Source of the DNA: Pseudomonas phage GP100
DNA: 24,000 nucleotides
Strand: one strand, 5' to 3'
Sequence record: LT986460.2
The translations under genes and the position numbers were made by a program. Shown here in pieces: positions 1 through 6,318 of this stretch; positions within the stretch are counted from its first letter, which is position 1; each line of letters begins with the position of its first letter. Under the pieces are notes generated by a model. That model saw nothing but the letters and a program-made list of their open reading frames with translations. It was not told the origin of the DNA and did no database searches.

Positions 1-423
1 CTCCCCCGACCCCCCTTGTACCCCCTCGCGAGTGTTGGCCCCCCACTGTAATAATATAACATGTCGAGGCAAGGTCCAATGACCCACCAGGGGTGTGTTC
101 AATGTGTGGCGAGCAGGGCCTTAGTACATGACATGCCCGTATTCATTGGCTTCTATACGTCCCTGGCGGGACACGCATGCTTGTATGCTCTTGGCGTTTA
201 GCGTGGGGCGGGCTGTGCCCGCGTTTAGTATTACAAACGCTATCGCGAGCACACTTGTATGTAGTGGCATGGCTATTGCTACGCGTAGGTATATGGCTCA
301 CGCATGCCCGGCTCATCTATACATATGACCAATGGCTAGGCCGACGAACGGTAGTATGCAAGGGTGTGTGTTCTATGTTCTTATCCACCCATCGAAACAA
401 CACAACCAACAAGGGCCACGACA

Positions 424-573
424 ATGACTAAACAACACCTGATCATCGCCGCTAACAGCATGCACAAATATGCAGCTAAGTTTATGAAGGGCGACAAGCG
501 TACACAAAAGCGTGGCCTTGCTTGCAAAGCGTTCGCCCTTGTGTATGAAGACAGGGCAATCAGCCGAGCATAA
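424..573 (+). CDS. hypothetical small basic phage protein (49 aa, MTKQHLIIAANSMHKYAAKFMKGDK...)
   Basis: ORF 364..573 in the track; the internal ATG at 424 follows AGGGCCACGACA and gives a compact basic protein. The stop codon abuts the hammerhead core. Confidence 0.5.
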   Translation: MTKQHLIIAANSMHKYAAKFMKGDKRTQKRGLACKAFALVYEDRAISRA

Positions 574-643
574 GCCGAAACATCACTGGTTGACAGTGGT
601 GTCTAGTTAGGGTAGTCTCCTAGCTACTGATGAGGCAGACTCG
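565..643 (+). ncRNA. type II hammerhead ribozyme (predicted cleavage after C603)
   Basis: Stem II strand GCC(574-576) then GAAA(577-580). Stem III CATCACTG(581-588)/CAGTGGTG(594-601) plus A580-U602, loop GTTGA. GUC 601-603. Stem I UAGUUAGG(604-611)/CCUAGCUA(619-626), 8 bp with one G-U, loop GTAGTCT. CUGAUGA(627-633), then GGC(634-636) pairing with GCC(574-576), and distal CGAG(565-568)/CUCG(640-643). Confidence 0.88.
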
Positions 644-1560
644 CAGGTTGTACAAGTGCTGCACTGAGAACGTATTGCACGGGATCAACGGCGACGGGAA
701 GCCAACGGGTACAGGGCGCTTTGGCGGGTAAGATAACAGCCGCACAGTCAGCCAGCGGGGGTTGACAAGCTACAACGACACATGCTTCAATAGCTACACG
801 GTGGCAGACCAAGCAAGCTATCTAGGGGATGGCGTTAGGCGGACAACGGTACACGCCTTGCTTAGTTGGACAGGCCAATAGCCCACGGGCTTACGGAATG
901 CCAGCCACCAGCGTTAACATGAGACACGGAAACAAAACATCGGTTGACATAGAGCCCAACAAGCTCTAAGATGGCAACCAAGCAACACCGCTAAGTAATC
1001 GACTGCTTAGCATGAGTCACCTGCTACGGGGCAGGACTAGCTAGGATACCGACTAGGACTCAACGCTCTTTAGTTACAAAAGACGCCCCACTTACGGGGG
1101 TTGGCAGAAGGCGCTGATAGTACATGGCCACCTTATACCAGCAGGCAAACGGGCCTAGGGGTTACTGACCGAACTGTATGTACCCAAGGGTGCAAGACTG
1201 TGTAAGTAGTGTTAGGGCGAACCTTGAATGTGTGTAGTCCTAACGTAAAAGCTCAGTCTGTCACGTCGAGACTATAAGCGGCTGGAGTTGCCCTGACTCA
1301 GACTGGGGACCCACAGACCTTCTGTATAACTGGGGGCCAGCTAGTGCCCATAGTGCCGACTGATGTTCGCCTGATAGCAAAGGCCCGCAAGCAGTGAGCT
1401 ACTAGCTAGAGTTGGTTAGCGTATTAAGGCTAACGGTTTGTCCCTCTAAAGTCTCGTGAAGAGCGCAACCATTATGGTTGTCTAAGCTATCTGACTGGTA
1501 TGTTACCGCCTAATATGTTGGCAGTCAGGACTAGTCAGATAGCTTAGACAAACACAAGGG
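604..1560 (+). ncRNA. candidate large structured non-coding RNA downstream of the hammerhead
   Basis: No credible + strand ORF over about 990 nt in an otherwise tightly packed genome. Many local helices: AAGCAAG 821-827/CTTGCTT 857-863; TAGAGC 950-955/GCTCTA 963-968 nested in GGTTG 942-946/CAACC 975-979; GCTAAG 990-995/CTTAGC 1006-1011; GTTAGG 1211-1216/CCTAAC 1239-1244; GTTAGC 1415-1420/GCTAAC 1429-1434; 19-bp 1478-1496/1533-1551. Confidence 0.7.
1478..1551. repeat. 19-bp perfect inverted repeat with 36-nt loop
   Basis: TTGTCTAAGCTATCTGACT (1478-1496) and AGTCAGATAGCTTAGACAA (1533-1551) are exact reverse complements. No U-tract follows. Confidence 0.95.
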
Positions 1561-1569
1561 GTACATAAG

Positions 1570-1833
1570 ATGAGCAAGCGTAAGCACCACACGCTAGTCA
1601 GCAAGCCACTGGCCTCACGCACCTTCGACAAGATTGAAGCGCTGTTGGCAGATGGTAGTCTCGACGCCAAGCGTGCCTATCGCAACACTAAGTCCACACA
1701 CCACAAGAAATACGTTAAGCCTGTCACCATGCGTCAAGTGGACGGCTTCTGGAATCCAGATGGTAAGCGTCAAGCCAAGGGTTCAAGTGGTAAGTGTGAA
1801 GCTATCAACCGCGTCATTAAGGCAAGGGGTTGA
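1570..1833 (+). CDS. hypothetical protein, Lys/Arg rich (87 aa)
   Basis: ORF track; starts just after AAGGGGTACATAAG; overlap-style junction with the next small ORF. Confidence 0.6.
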   Translation: MSKRKHHTLVSKPLASRTFDKIEALLADGSLDAKRAYRNTKSTHHKKYVKPVTMRQVDGFWNPDGKRQAKGSSGKCEAINRVIKARG

Positions 1834-1834
1834 C

Positions 1835-1975
1835 ATGTCGGTAAGAATGCAACGCTGTATAGAGGTACAAACCCGGAAAGAGGCTGAAGAGCTGGTCTGC
1901 ATGCTTGCCACTAAGCAATGTGTAGGAGTGATCTGGCCTTGTGGTAACGGTAACTTCCGGGTCCGCTGGCGGTAA
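1835..1975 (+). CDS. hypothetical small protein (46 aa, MSVRMQRCIEVQTRKEAEELVCMLATKQCVGVIWPCGNGNFRVRWR)
   Basis: ATG at 1835 with AAGGGG just upstream, immediately after the stop of the 1570 ORF; part of the track ORF 1634..1975. Confidence 0.55.
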   Translation: MSVRMQRCIEVQTRKEAEELVCMLATKQCVGVIWPCGNGNFRVRWR

Positions 1976-1991
1976 GCATGTGGCCCGCTTT

Positions 1992-2025
1992 GCGGAATGC
2001 AGGCCCCTCTGATTAACGCTAGAAA
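1992..2025 (+). promoter_or_regulatory. recurrent upstream element, copy A
   Basis: GCGGAATGC-AGGCCCCTCT-GATTAACGCTAGAAA; 24 of 24 non-spacer positions identical to copy B at 3163-3196. Confidence 0.75.
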
Positions 2026-2033
2026 CTAATTTT

Positions 2034-2106
2034 GCGGGTTGAGGATAGTGGAGACCAATGGCCTTTAGGGCCATGATTGCGGGTTCGATTCCCGTAACCC
2101 GCTCCA
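2034..2106 (+). tRNA. tRNA or tRNA-like gene with encoded CCA; anticodon appears to be TTA (reads UAA); glycine-like acceptor stem
   Basis: Acceptor GCGGGTT(2034-2040)/AACCCGC(2096-2102), T73 and CCA 2104-2106. T-arm GCGGG-TTCGATT-CCCGT(2079-2095). Anticodon arm ATGGC-CTTTAGG-GCCAT(2058-2074). The D-arm GGAT-AGTGGA-GACC is weak and position 8 is G. Confidence 0.6.
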
Positions 2107-2128
2107 TACAAAACCGGAGTAACAAATC

Positions 2129-2689
2129 ATGAAAGCTATCAAATACGTATTCGCTAAAGACGTTGCTGGCCTGGAAAAGATCCAAGCCACTGCCGTTAAG
2201 TCTGTACAGGCTGCCCGTGTTAACGTGCAAATTGCGCTGGTAGCGACCATTCGTCACGCCTTCGAACACGGCGACTACTCGTATGCCGGTAAGCTGGTGG
2301 ACGCCCTGGGCAACAGCGTGAACGGCAAGGCCGTGGTTGAATGGTTCAAGTTGTATGGCGGCCTCAAGGCCGACGACACTGGATTCATCGGCTGGAGCGG
2401 CAAGCAATACATTGAAGACAACTTCGAAAAAGCCAAGGCTGGCATGTGGTGGGAGTTGAAAGCAGCTAGCCCGTTCAAAGGCTTCGACCTGGAAGCGGCC
2501 CTGCAAAACGTTATCAAGCAACACAACGCCATCCAGGAAAAGGTTGTCGGCCTGTCTGACGAAGACAAAGCCAAGGTGAAGTTCGACGTGAACGACGCCA
2601 CTATCAAAGCTGTGCTCAAGCTGTGCAACTTCGACGCCATCATGGGCGATGAAGAAGTGGCGCCCGAAGTACCTGCCGAGGCTGCATGA
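2129..2689 (+). CDS. hypothetical phage protein (186 aa)
   Basis: Long ORF with RBS CCGGAG upstream; starts right after the tRNA-like gene. Confidence 0.9.
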   Translation: MKAIKYVFAKDVAGLEKIQATAVKSVQAARVNVQIALVATIRHAFEHGDYSYAGKLVDALGNSVNGKAVVEWFKLYGGLKADDTGFIGWSGKQYIEDNFEKAKAGMWWELKAASPFKGFDLEAALQNVIKQHNAIQEKVVGLSDEDKAKVKFDVNDATIKAVLKLCNFDAIMGDEEVAPEVPAEAA

Positions 2690-2819
2690 CCTTCACTGTA
2701 GTCAGAAGCCCCGCTAAGGTGTGTTGGTGGGTTTTATGCAACGGTGTCCTGGTGATGACACGGGATACTAAACGAGAGGCTGTAATGGCCTCTCAGGAGC
2801 TTACAAGGGCATATACCTA

Positions 2820-2966
2820 ATGATCACACCTATGTGGAAAACAACTCACGGCACTAATATGCCTATTGTCATATGGGACAATGTAAGTAACGCCCCATAC
2901 TATGAGTTGTTCCTATGCATGGGTGGTCATGGTTTGTTCTGTATGGTGAAGTGGGAGGAACTGTAA
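2820..2966 (+). CDS. hypothetical small protein (48 aa, MITPMWKTTHGTNMPIVIWDNVSNAPYYELFLCMGGHGLFCMVKWEEL)
   Basis: Read directly from sequence (below the track length cut-off); overlaps the next start by one base (TAATG). Confidence 0.55.
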   Translation: MITPMWKTTHGTNMPIVIWDNVSNAPYYELFLCMGGHGLFCMVKWEEL

Positions 2967-3163
2967 TGGCCAAGAAAATTCATGTGTCTGACTGTTCACC
3001 AGGGAGATTCTATATCCTATCTGAACAGGACAAGCTGTTCTTCTGTATCTGGGCTGATCCAAAAGAGGGGCACGCTGAATTCCAACAGGTGGGCTCTGAC
3101 TTTCGAGTTGGTGTCTTTGACGAAAAGGTCAAGCCCGTGCAAGTGTTCGCATTCAGCAAATAG
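2966..3163 (+). CDS. hypothetical protein (65 aa, MAKKIHVSDCSPGRFYIL...)
   Basis: Internal ATG at 2966 preceded by GGGAGGAA; track ORF 2915..3163. Confidence 0.7.
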   Translation: MAKKIHVSDCSPGRFYILSEQDKLFFCIWADPKEGHAEFQQVGSDFRVGVFDEKVKPVQVFAFSK

Positions 3164-3196
3164 CGGAATGCTCGCCGCCCTGATTAACGCTAGAAA
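3163..3196 (+). promoter_or_regulatory. recurrent upstream element, copy B
   Basis: GCGGAATGC-TCGCCGCCCT-GATTAACGCTAGAAA, followed by TTTGGAGATTGACATG. Confidence 0.75.
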
Positions 3197-3214
3197 ATAC
3201 CTTTGGAGATTGAC

Positions 3215-3298
3215 ATGTCCGACGGTGCTATCCGCTTCATCTTTTACTATCTTTGCGTGTTGACCGTAGTCTCAGGAACGGTAATCGCGCTATGGTAA
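3215..3298 (+). CDS. tiny hydrophobic membrane peptide (27 aa, MSDGAIRFIFYYLCVLTVVSGTVIALW)
   Basis: ATG with a good RBS (TTTGGAGATTGAC) right after element B; single TM-like segment. Confidence 0.55.
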   Translation: MSDGAIRFIFYYLCVLTVVSGTVIALW

Positions 3299-3387
3299 AA
3301 CTCATTGGTAAACTGCTGGCCTACTACGCACTCCTATTTATGGCGATGGGAGGCGTCTACCTACTCATTATGAGCAAACAGGGGTGA
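3292..3387 (+). CDS. tiny membrane protein (31 aa, MVKLIGKLLAYYALLFMAMGGVYLLIMSKQG)
   Basis: Overlaps the stop of the preceding ORF (ATGGTAA); TM-like segment. Confidence 0.5.
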   Translation: MVKLIGKLLAYYALLFMAMGGVYLLIMSKQG

Positions 3388-3390
3388 AGT

Positions 3391-3729
3391 ATGAAGACTA
3401 TAAAAATCGTCCCGTACCGTGCCTTGTTGCACATAACCGAGAACTTCGGAGAGTGGAGCAAGACCTACACTAAACTTAGCGGGTTTAGTTACCCGCAAGA
3501 GGGAACTGGAGGGCTCACGTACGACAATCAAGACGGGAACTACTACGTCTGGATTGGGGACGGGACAATCAACTCCCTTGTCCACGAGCTATCACACGTA
3601 TCGCTGATGGTAGCGGCACGGTGTCAGCTTGAGGACATTGTAAAAAATCAGGAACCCTTCTGCTATCTCCTGGGCCATCTCGCTCAAGAGTCTATGAAGG
3701 TCCTGCCCTCATTCAAGGGCGCGAAGTGA
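3391..3729 (+). CDS. small zinc-metallopeptidase-like protein (HExxH motif)
   Basis: 112 aa; contains SLVHELSHVSLM (HELSH) followed by FCYLLGHLAQE. Confidence 0.65.
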   Translation: MKTIKIVPYRALLHITENFGEWSKTYTKLSGFSYPQEGTGGLTYDNQDGNYYVWIGDGTINSLVHELSHVSLMVAARCQLEDIVKNQEPFCYLLGHLAQESMKVLPSFKGAK

Positions 3730-3759
3730 AATATTAGCGCCCGTGATAAACCTAAGAAA
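3726..3759 (+). promoter_or_regulatory. degenerate copy C of the recurrent upstream element
   Basis: GTGAAATAT-TAGCGCCCGT-GATAAACCTAAGAAA, same 34-nt architecture, followed by TTCTGGAGATTCACCATG. Confidence 0.45.
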
Positions 3760-3778
3760 TCAATTCTGGAGATTCACC

Positions 3779-3940
3779 ATGTATCGACATGCTCGCAGTG
3801 CCATGCTGACCCAAGGCTACGACTACCAGCTCACGCCGGAAGATGTCAAGGCCTGGCAACACAACTGGACGGCTTCAATCCGTGCCAGCAAGAAGCTGAG
3901 TAGCTTTGAGCATGGTGCGAAGTTCAAGAAACGCTTCTAA
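3779..3940 (+). CDS. hypothetical basic protein (53 aa, MYRHARSAMLTQGYDYQLTPEDVKAWQHNW...)
   Basis: ATG at 3779 preceded by CTGGAGATTCACC; the upstream GTG start in the track is less likely. Confidence 0.65.
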   Translation: MYRHARSAMLTQGYDYQLTPEDVKAWQHNWTASIRASKKLSSFEHGAKFKKRF

Positions 3941-4074
3941 GCAACACCTCCTACTTAACCCTTACATGAGGAATGGCAACAATGTGTACACATGGTTAAG
4001 AGCCAACAGGCAAGCTCCCTAATGCGAGCTGAGCCAACCAACCTGTGCCCTTGTGAAAGCAAGGGCTTTAGTGT

Positions 4075-4230
4075 GTGTACTGTACCCGAACTGGTACAGG
4101 GGCGTGTGAAGGAAGCCAATACGGATGGGTTGGGTAATGCTAATAACCAACTCCGCACCCATGGCCTATATCATGTTGTCGGAACAGTGCGACGTAACCG
4201 ACTATGCAGGTTCGAGTCCTGCCAGTACAC
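4075..4230 (+). ncRNA. oversized tRNA-like fold (8-bp acceptor-like stem, D-arm-like and T-arm-like hairpins)
   Basis: GTGTACTG(4075-4082)/CAGTACAC(4223-4230) perfect 8 bp; TACCCGAACTGGTACAGGG D-arm-like (4083-4101); GCAGG-TTCGAGT-CCTGC T-arm (4206-4222). About 80 nt longer than a normal tRNA; no 3' CCA. Confidence 0.45.
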
Positions 4231-4264
4231 ACACTAAAGCTCTTACAAAACAATGAGGTGTGAC

Positions 4265-4480
4265 ATGAAAGCAATGATCGTTGTGATGATGCTCGCCCTC
4301 GTTGGGTGTGGCTCAATTAAGCAGGAACCCCAGCGCGTCAACGACACTCGTTGGTCTGACCACATTCACGACACCATGATTGAGTGTGGTGAGGTGGCGT
4401 CCAAGATCGCTGGTAAGAATCCTGAATTGGCTGATGCCCTGTTCAATCAGTGTGTCAGGGACGTTAACATCACCATCTGA
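4265..4480 (+). CDS. small lipoprotein-like protein (lipobox LALVGCGS)
   Basis: MKAMIVVMMLALVGCGSIKQEPQ...; signal peptide with Cys; RBS AATGAGGTG. Confidence 0.7.
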   Translation: MKAMIVVMMLALVGCGSIKQEPQRVNDTRWSDHIHDTMIECGEVASKIAGKNPELADALFNQCVRDVNITI

Positions 4481-4488
4481 GGTGCGTT

Positions 4489-4779
4489 ATGAAAGCCTTA
4501 TTTCTTGAAAGCTACGCTGCTGGTCAGATTACAGCGTATGCTAGGGCCAAAGATCTTGACGCTGAGGAGCTGTTACAGCTTGCTTACGACTATGGCCGTG
4601 TGTACCCTAACCAACTTTACTCTGGTTCTGTTGAAGAGTATTCGGAGCTGTGGGTCAACCTGTGCCTAGGTAATGACTCTCACAAAGATGTCACGGTCAA
4701 TACCCTGATTCGGTGGGCTCCCACCCCAGAAGGAGCTATCTTCTGGGCTAGTGTCAATCACTACAAACCGGGGCAGTGA
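4489..4779 (+). CDS. hypothetical protein, paralog 1 of 3 (xALFLES...AAGQ family)
   Basis: 96 aa; shares (V/A)LFLES, conserved W, (L/D)CL..DSHK and PEG..FW motifs with the next two ORFs. Confidence 0.8.
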   Translation: MKALFLESYAAGQITAYARAKDLDAEELLQLAYDYGRVYPNQLYSGSVEEYSELWVNLCLGNDSHKDVTVNTLIRWAPTPEGAIFWASVNHYKPGQ

Positions 4780-5072
4780 CAATGAAAGTCCTATTCCTTG
4801 AAAGTAAGGCAGCGGGGCAATGTCTCAGGTATGCCAAGGCCCACGGTTGGGACGAAGCAAGAACTCAAGACTTGCTCGACCGCTGCTACAACAACACTGC
4901 CACATGCATGGAGAAGAGGAGCGCCATGAATGCGGATGACTGGTGGGTGTCTAAGTGCCTGCTTGAAGACTCTCACAAGACACTCACTCTCAATGCCTTA
5001 TTCAGTTGGGCGGGGAGCCCTGAGGGTGACGAATACTGGCGTCGTATCTTTGGTTTTCAAGGAGGTCGCTAA
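4776..5072 (+). CDS. hypothetical protein, paralog 2 of 3 (start GTG 4776 or ATG 4782)
   Basis: 98 aa; VLFLESKAAGQ...DDWWVSKCLLEDSHKTLTLNALFSWAGSPEGDEYW. Confidence 0.8.
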   Translation: MTMKVLFLESKAAGQCLRYAKAHGWDEARTQDLLDRCYNNTATCMEKRSAMNADDWWVSKCLLEDSHKTLTLNALFSWAGSPEGDEYWRRIFGFQGGR

Positions 5073-5392
5073 TGTACGCGCTATTTCTTGAGAGCAGAGC
5101 GGCTGAGGAAGTCCGTCAGTACGCTCAGGTACGACCTGAAGTTGTGGTAGATGATCTACTCAAGCTCGCGTATCAACGTGCTATTGAGGAGTTTGTCCTC
5201 GTCCTTGCCGACCACTCCCTCGGCGGCGCCGAGCAACAACAGCGCTTTGACGATTGGTGGGTTGATCAGTGTCTGAGAGACGACGCCCACAAACACCAGG
5301 ATGTCGATAGGCTGTTCTGTTGGGGCAACACGCCAGAGGGTCACGAGTTTTGGGAAACCATTAGCCGTCGTGATGAAGGTGCGGACTGGTAA
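5072..5392 (+). CDS. hypothetical protein, paralog 3 of 3
   Basis: 106 aa; ALFLESRAAEE...DDWWVDQCLRDDAHKHQDVDRLFCWGNTPEGHEFW. Confidence 0.8.
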   Translation: MYALFLESRAAEEVRQYAQVRPEVVVDDLLKLAYQRAIEEFVLVLADHSLGGAEQQQRFDDWWVDQCLRDDAHKHQDVDRLFCWGNTPEGHEFWETISRRDEGADW

Positions 5393-5541
5393 GAGTACTT
5401 ATAAGTAACTTACCTCTGATAATGTTCACTTCGTTCACTATTATCTTCACTAAGTATACACAGTTTACTAGTATATACTTGTTTTTGAGGGAAAACCCTA
5501 CAAGGTATAGCGTAAAAAGATAAATAAAAATACAGCGGATA

Positions 5542-5579
5542 GCGGAATGCTAGTCGTTGTCATTTAAATCAGACAGAAA
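5542..5579 (+). promoter_or_regulatory. partial copy D of the recurrent upstream element
   Basis: GCGGAATGC-TAGTCGTTGT-CATTTAAATCAGACAGAAA, followed by TTTGGAG and an ATG; 3' half diverged and 4 nt longer. Confidence 0.5.
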
Positions 5580-5592
5580 TTTGGAGAATTAT

Positions 5593-5928
5593 ATGCGTCC
5601 CAAGTTTGGAGTTGGTGAGGTGGTGATCCTCCAAAGCGTCAATCACCCGGAATTCAACAACGAGTACAGCGTACATGCTGTCTTGGATGGCGAAGACACT
5701 TACATGTGTCGTGTCAGCGGCAAGATGTTCGCTGGTTGGACTGGCGACAGCATGTACGTCTACGTGTTGGATGGTCCAATCGTATTGGATGGCAAGGAAA
5801 TCCTGTGGTCCGAGAAGGCGTTGCGTAAAAAGCAAGAGCCTAGCGGAATCTCCTTCCAGGAACTGATGGACTCTCTGATCCCTCAGAAGCTGTTAGAACA
5901 CAAGCATGAGGGGGTTACACCCCCTTAG
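5593..5928 (+). CDS. hypothetical protein (111 aa, MRPKFGVGEVVILQSVNHPEFNNEYSV...)
   Basis: ATG at 5593 preceded by TTTGGAGAATTAT; track ORF 5557..5928. Confidence 0.75.
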   Translation: MRPKFGVGEVVILQSVNHPEFNNEYSVHAVLDGEDTYMCRVSGKMFAGWTGDSMYVYVLDGPIVLDGKEILWSEKALRKKQEPSGISFQELMDSLIPQKLLEHKHEGVTPP

Positions 5929-5977
5929 TACTTAAACCCTCTCATATAAGCTCACAGGAGCTTACAGGGGCATTCAG

Positions 5978-6175
5978 ATGACAAAGTATCGGGTTAAGAA
6001 CCCTAAGAGCCGCCCAGTTGACACCCGAGACCGCTTGCCATCCGGCAGCAACAAGGTGTTGGTGTACCTCAAGGGTGGTAAAGGGCATTGGGTGGAGTTG
6101 ACTCCGCATGATGTTCGGAATCTCCACCGCTTCAGCACTGGCCCGATCTACTGGTCCCCGCTGGTGTCGTCGTGA
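5978..6175 (+). CDS. hypothetical protein (65 aa)
   Basis: Track ORF, RBS-like AGGGG upstream, overlapping stop/start with the next ORF. Confidence 0.65.
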   Translation: MTKYRVKNPKSRPVDTRDRLPSGSNKVLVYLKGGKGHWVELTPHDVRNLHRFSTGPIYWSPLVSS

Positions 6176-6318
6176 GCCTGTGTAAGTGGCTGGGCTTGTG
6201 TGAACACAAGTGGGTCGAGATTGAGCGTGGCCAAGTTCTTTTTGGAGGCCTCGCTCAAGGACCCTACTTCATCTACCAGTGTGAGCATTGCAAAAAGCTC
6301 AGAAAGGAGGAGGTATGA
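6172..6318 (+). CDS. small Cys-containing protein (48 aa, GTG start, MSLCKWLGLCEHKWVEIERGQ...YQCEHCKKLRKEEV)
   Basis: GTGA overlap with the upstream stop; CxxC/CxxH-like metal-ligand pattern. Confidence 0.55.
   Translation: MSLCKWLGLCEHKWVEIERGQVLFGGLAQGPYFIYQCEHCKKLRKEEV

Noticed and set aside
128-431. Overlapping ORFs 128..328 and 177..431
   Set aside because: Overlap each other, Cys/Trp/Leu-rich composition unlike the rest of the proteome, and weak ribosome sites; probably non-coding leader.
624-812. Antisense ORF of 62 aa inside the ncRNA region
   Set aside because: Short, no start context, overlaps hammerhead stem I and structured RNA.
1478-1560. Inverted repeat as intrinsic terminator
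   Set aside because: The helix is strong but there is no following T-tract, and the loop is 36 nt.
1817-2524. Antisense ORF of 235 aa
   Set aside because: Would run across the element A and tRNA-like gene and oppose the well-supported 2129-2689 gene.
3992-4237. ORF of 81 aa across the structured region
   Set aside because: Overlaps the tRNA-like fold and hairpins; the translated product looks random and no good RBS fits.
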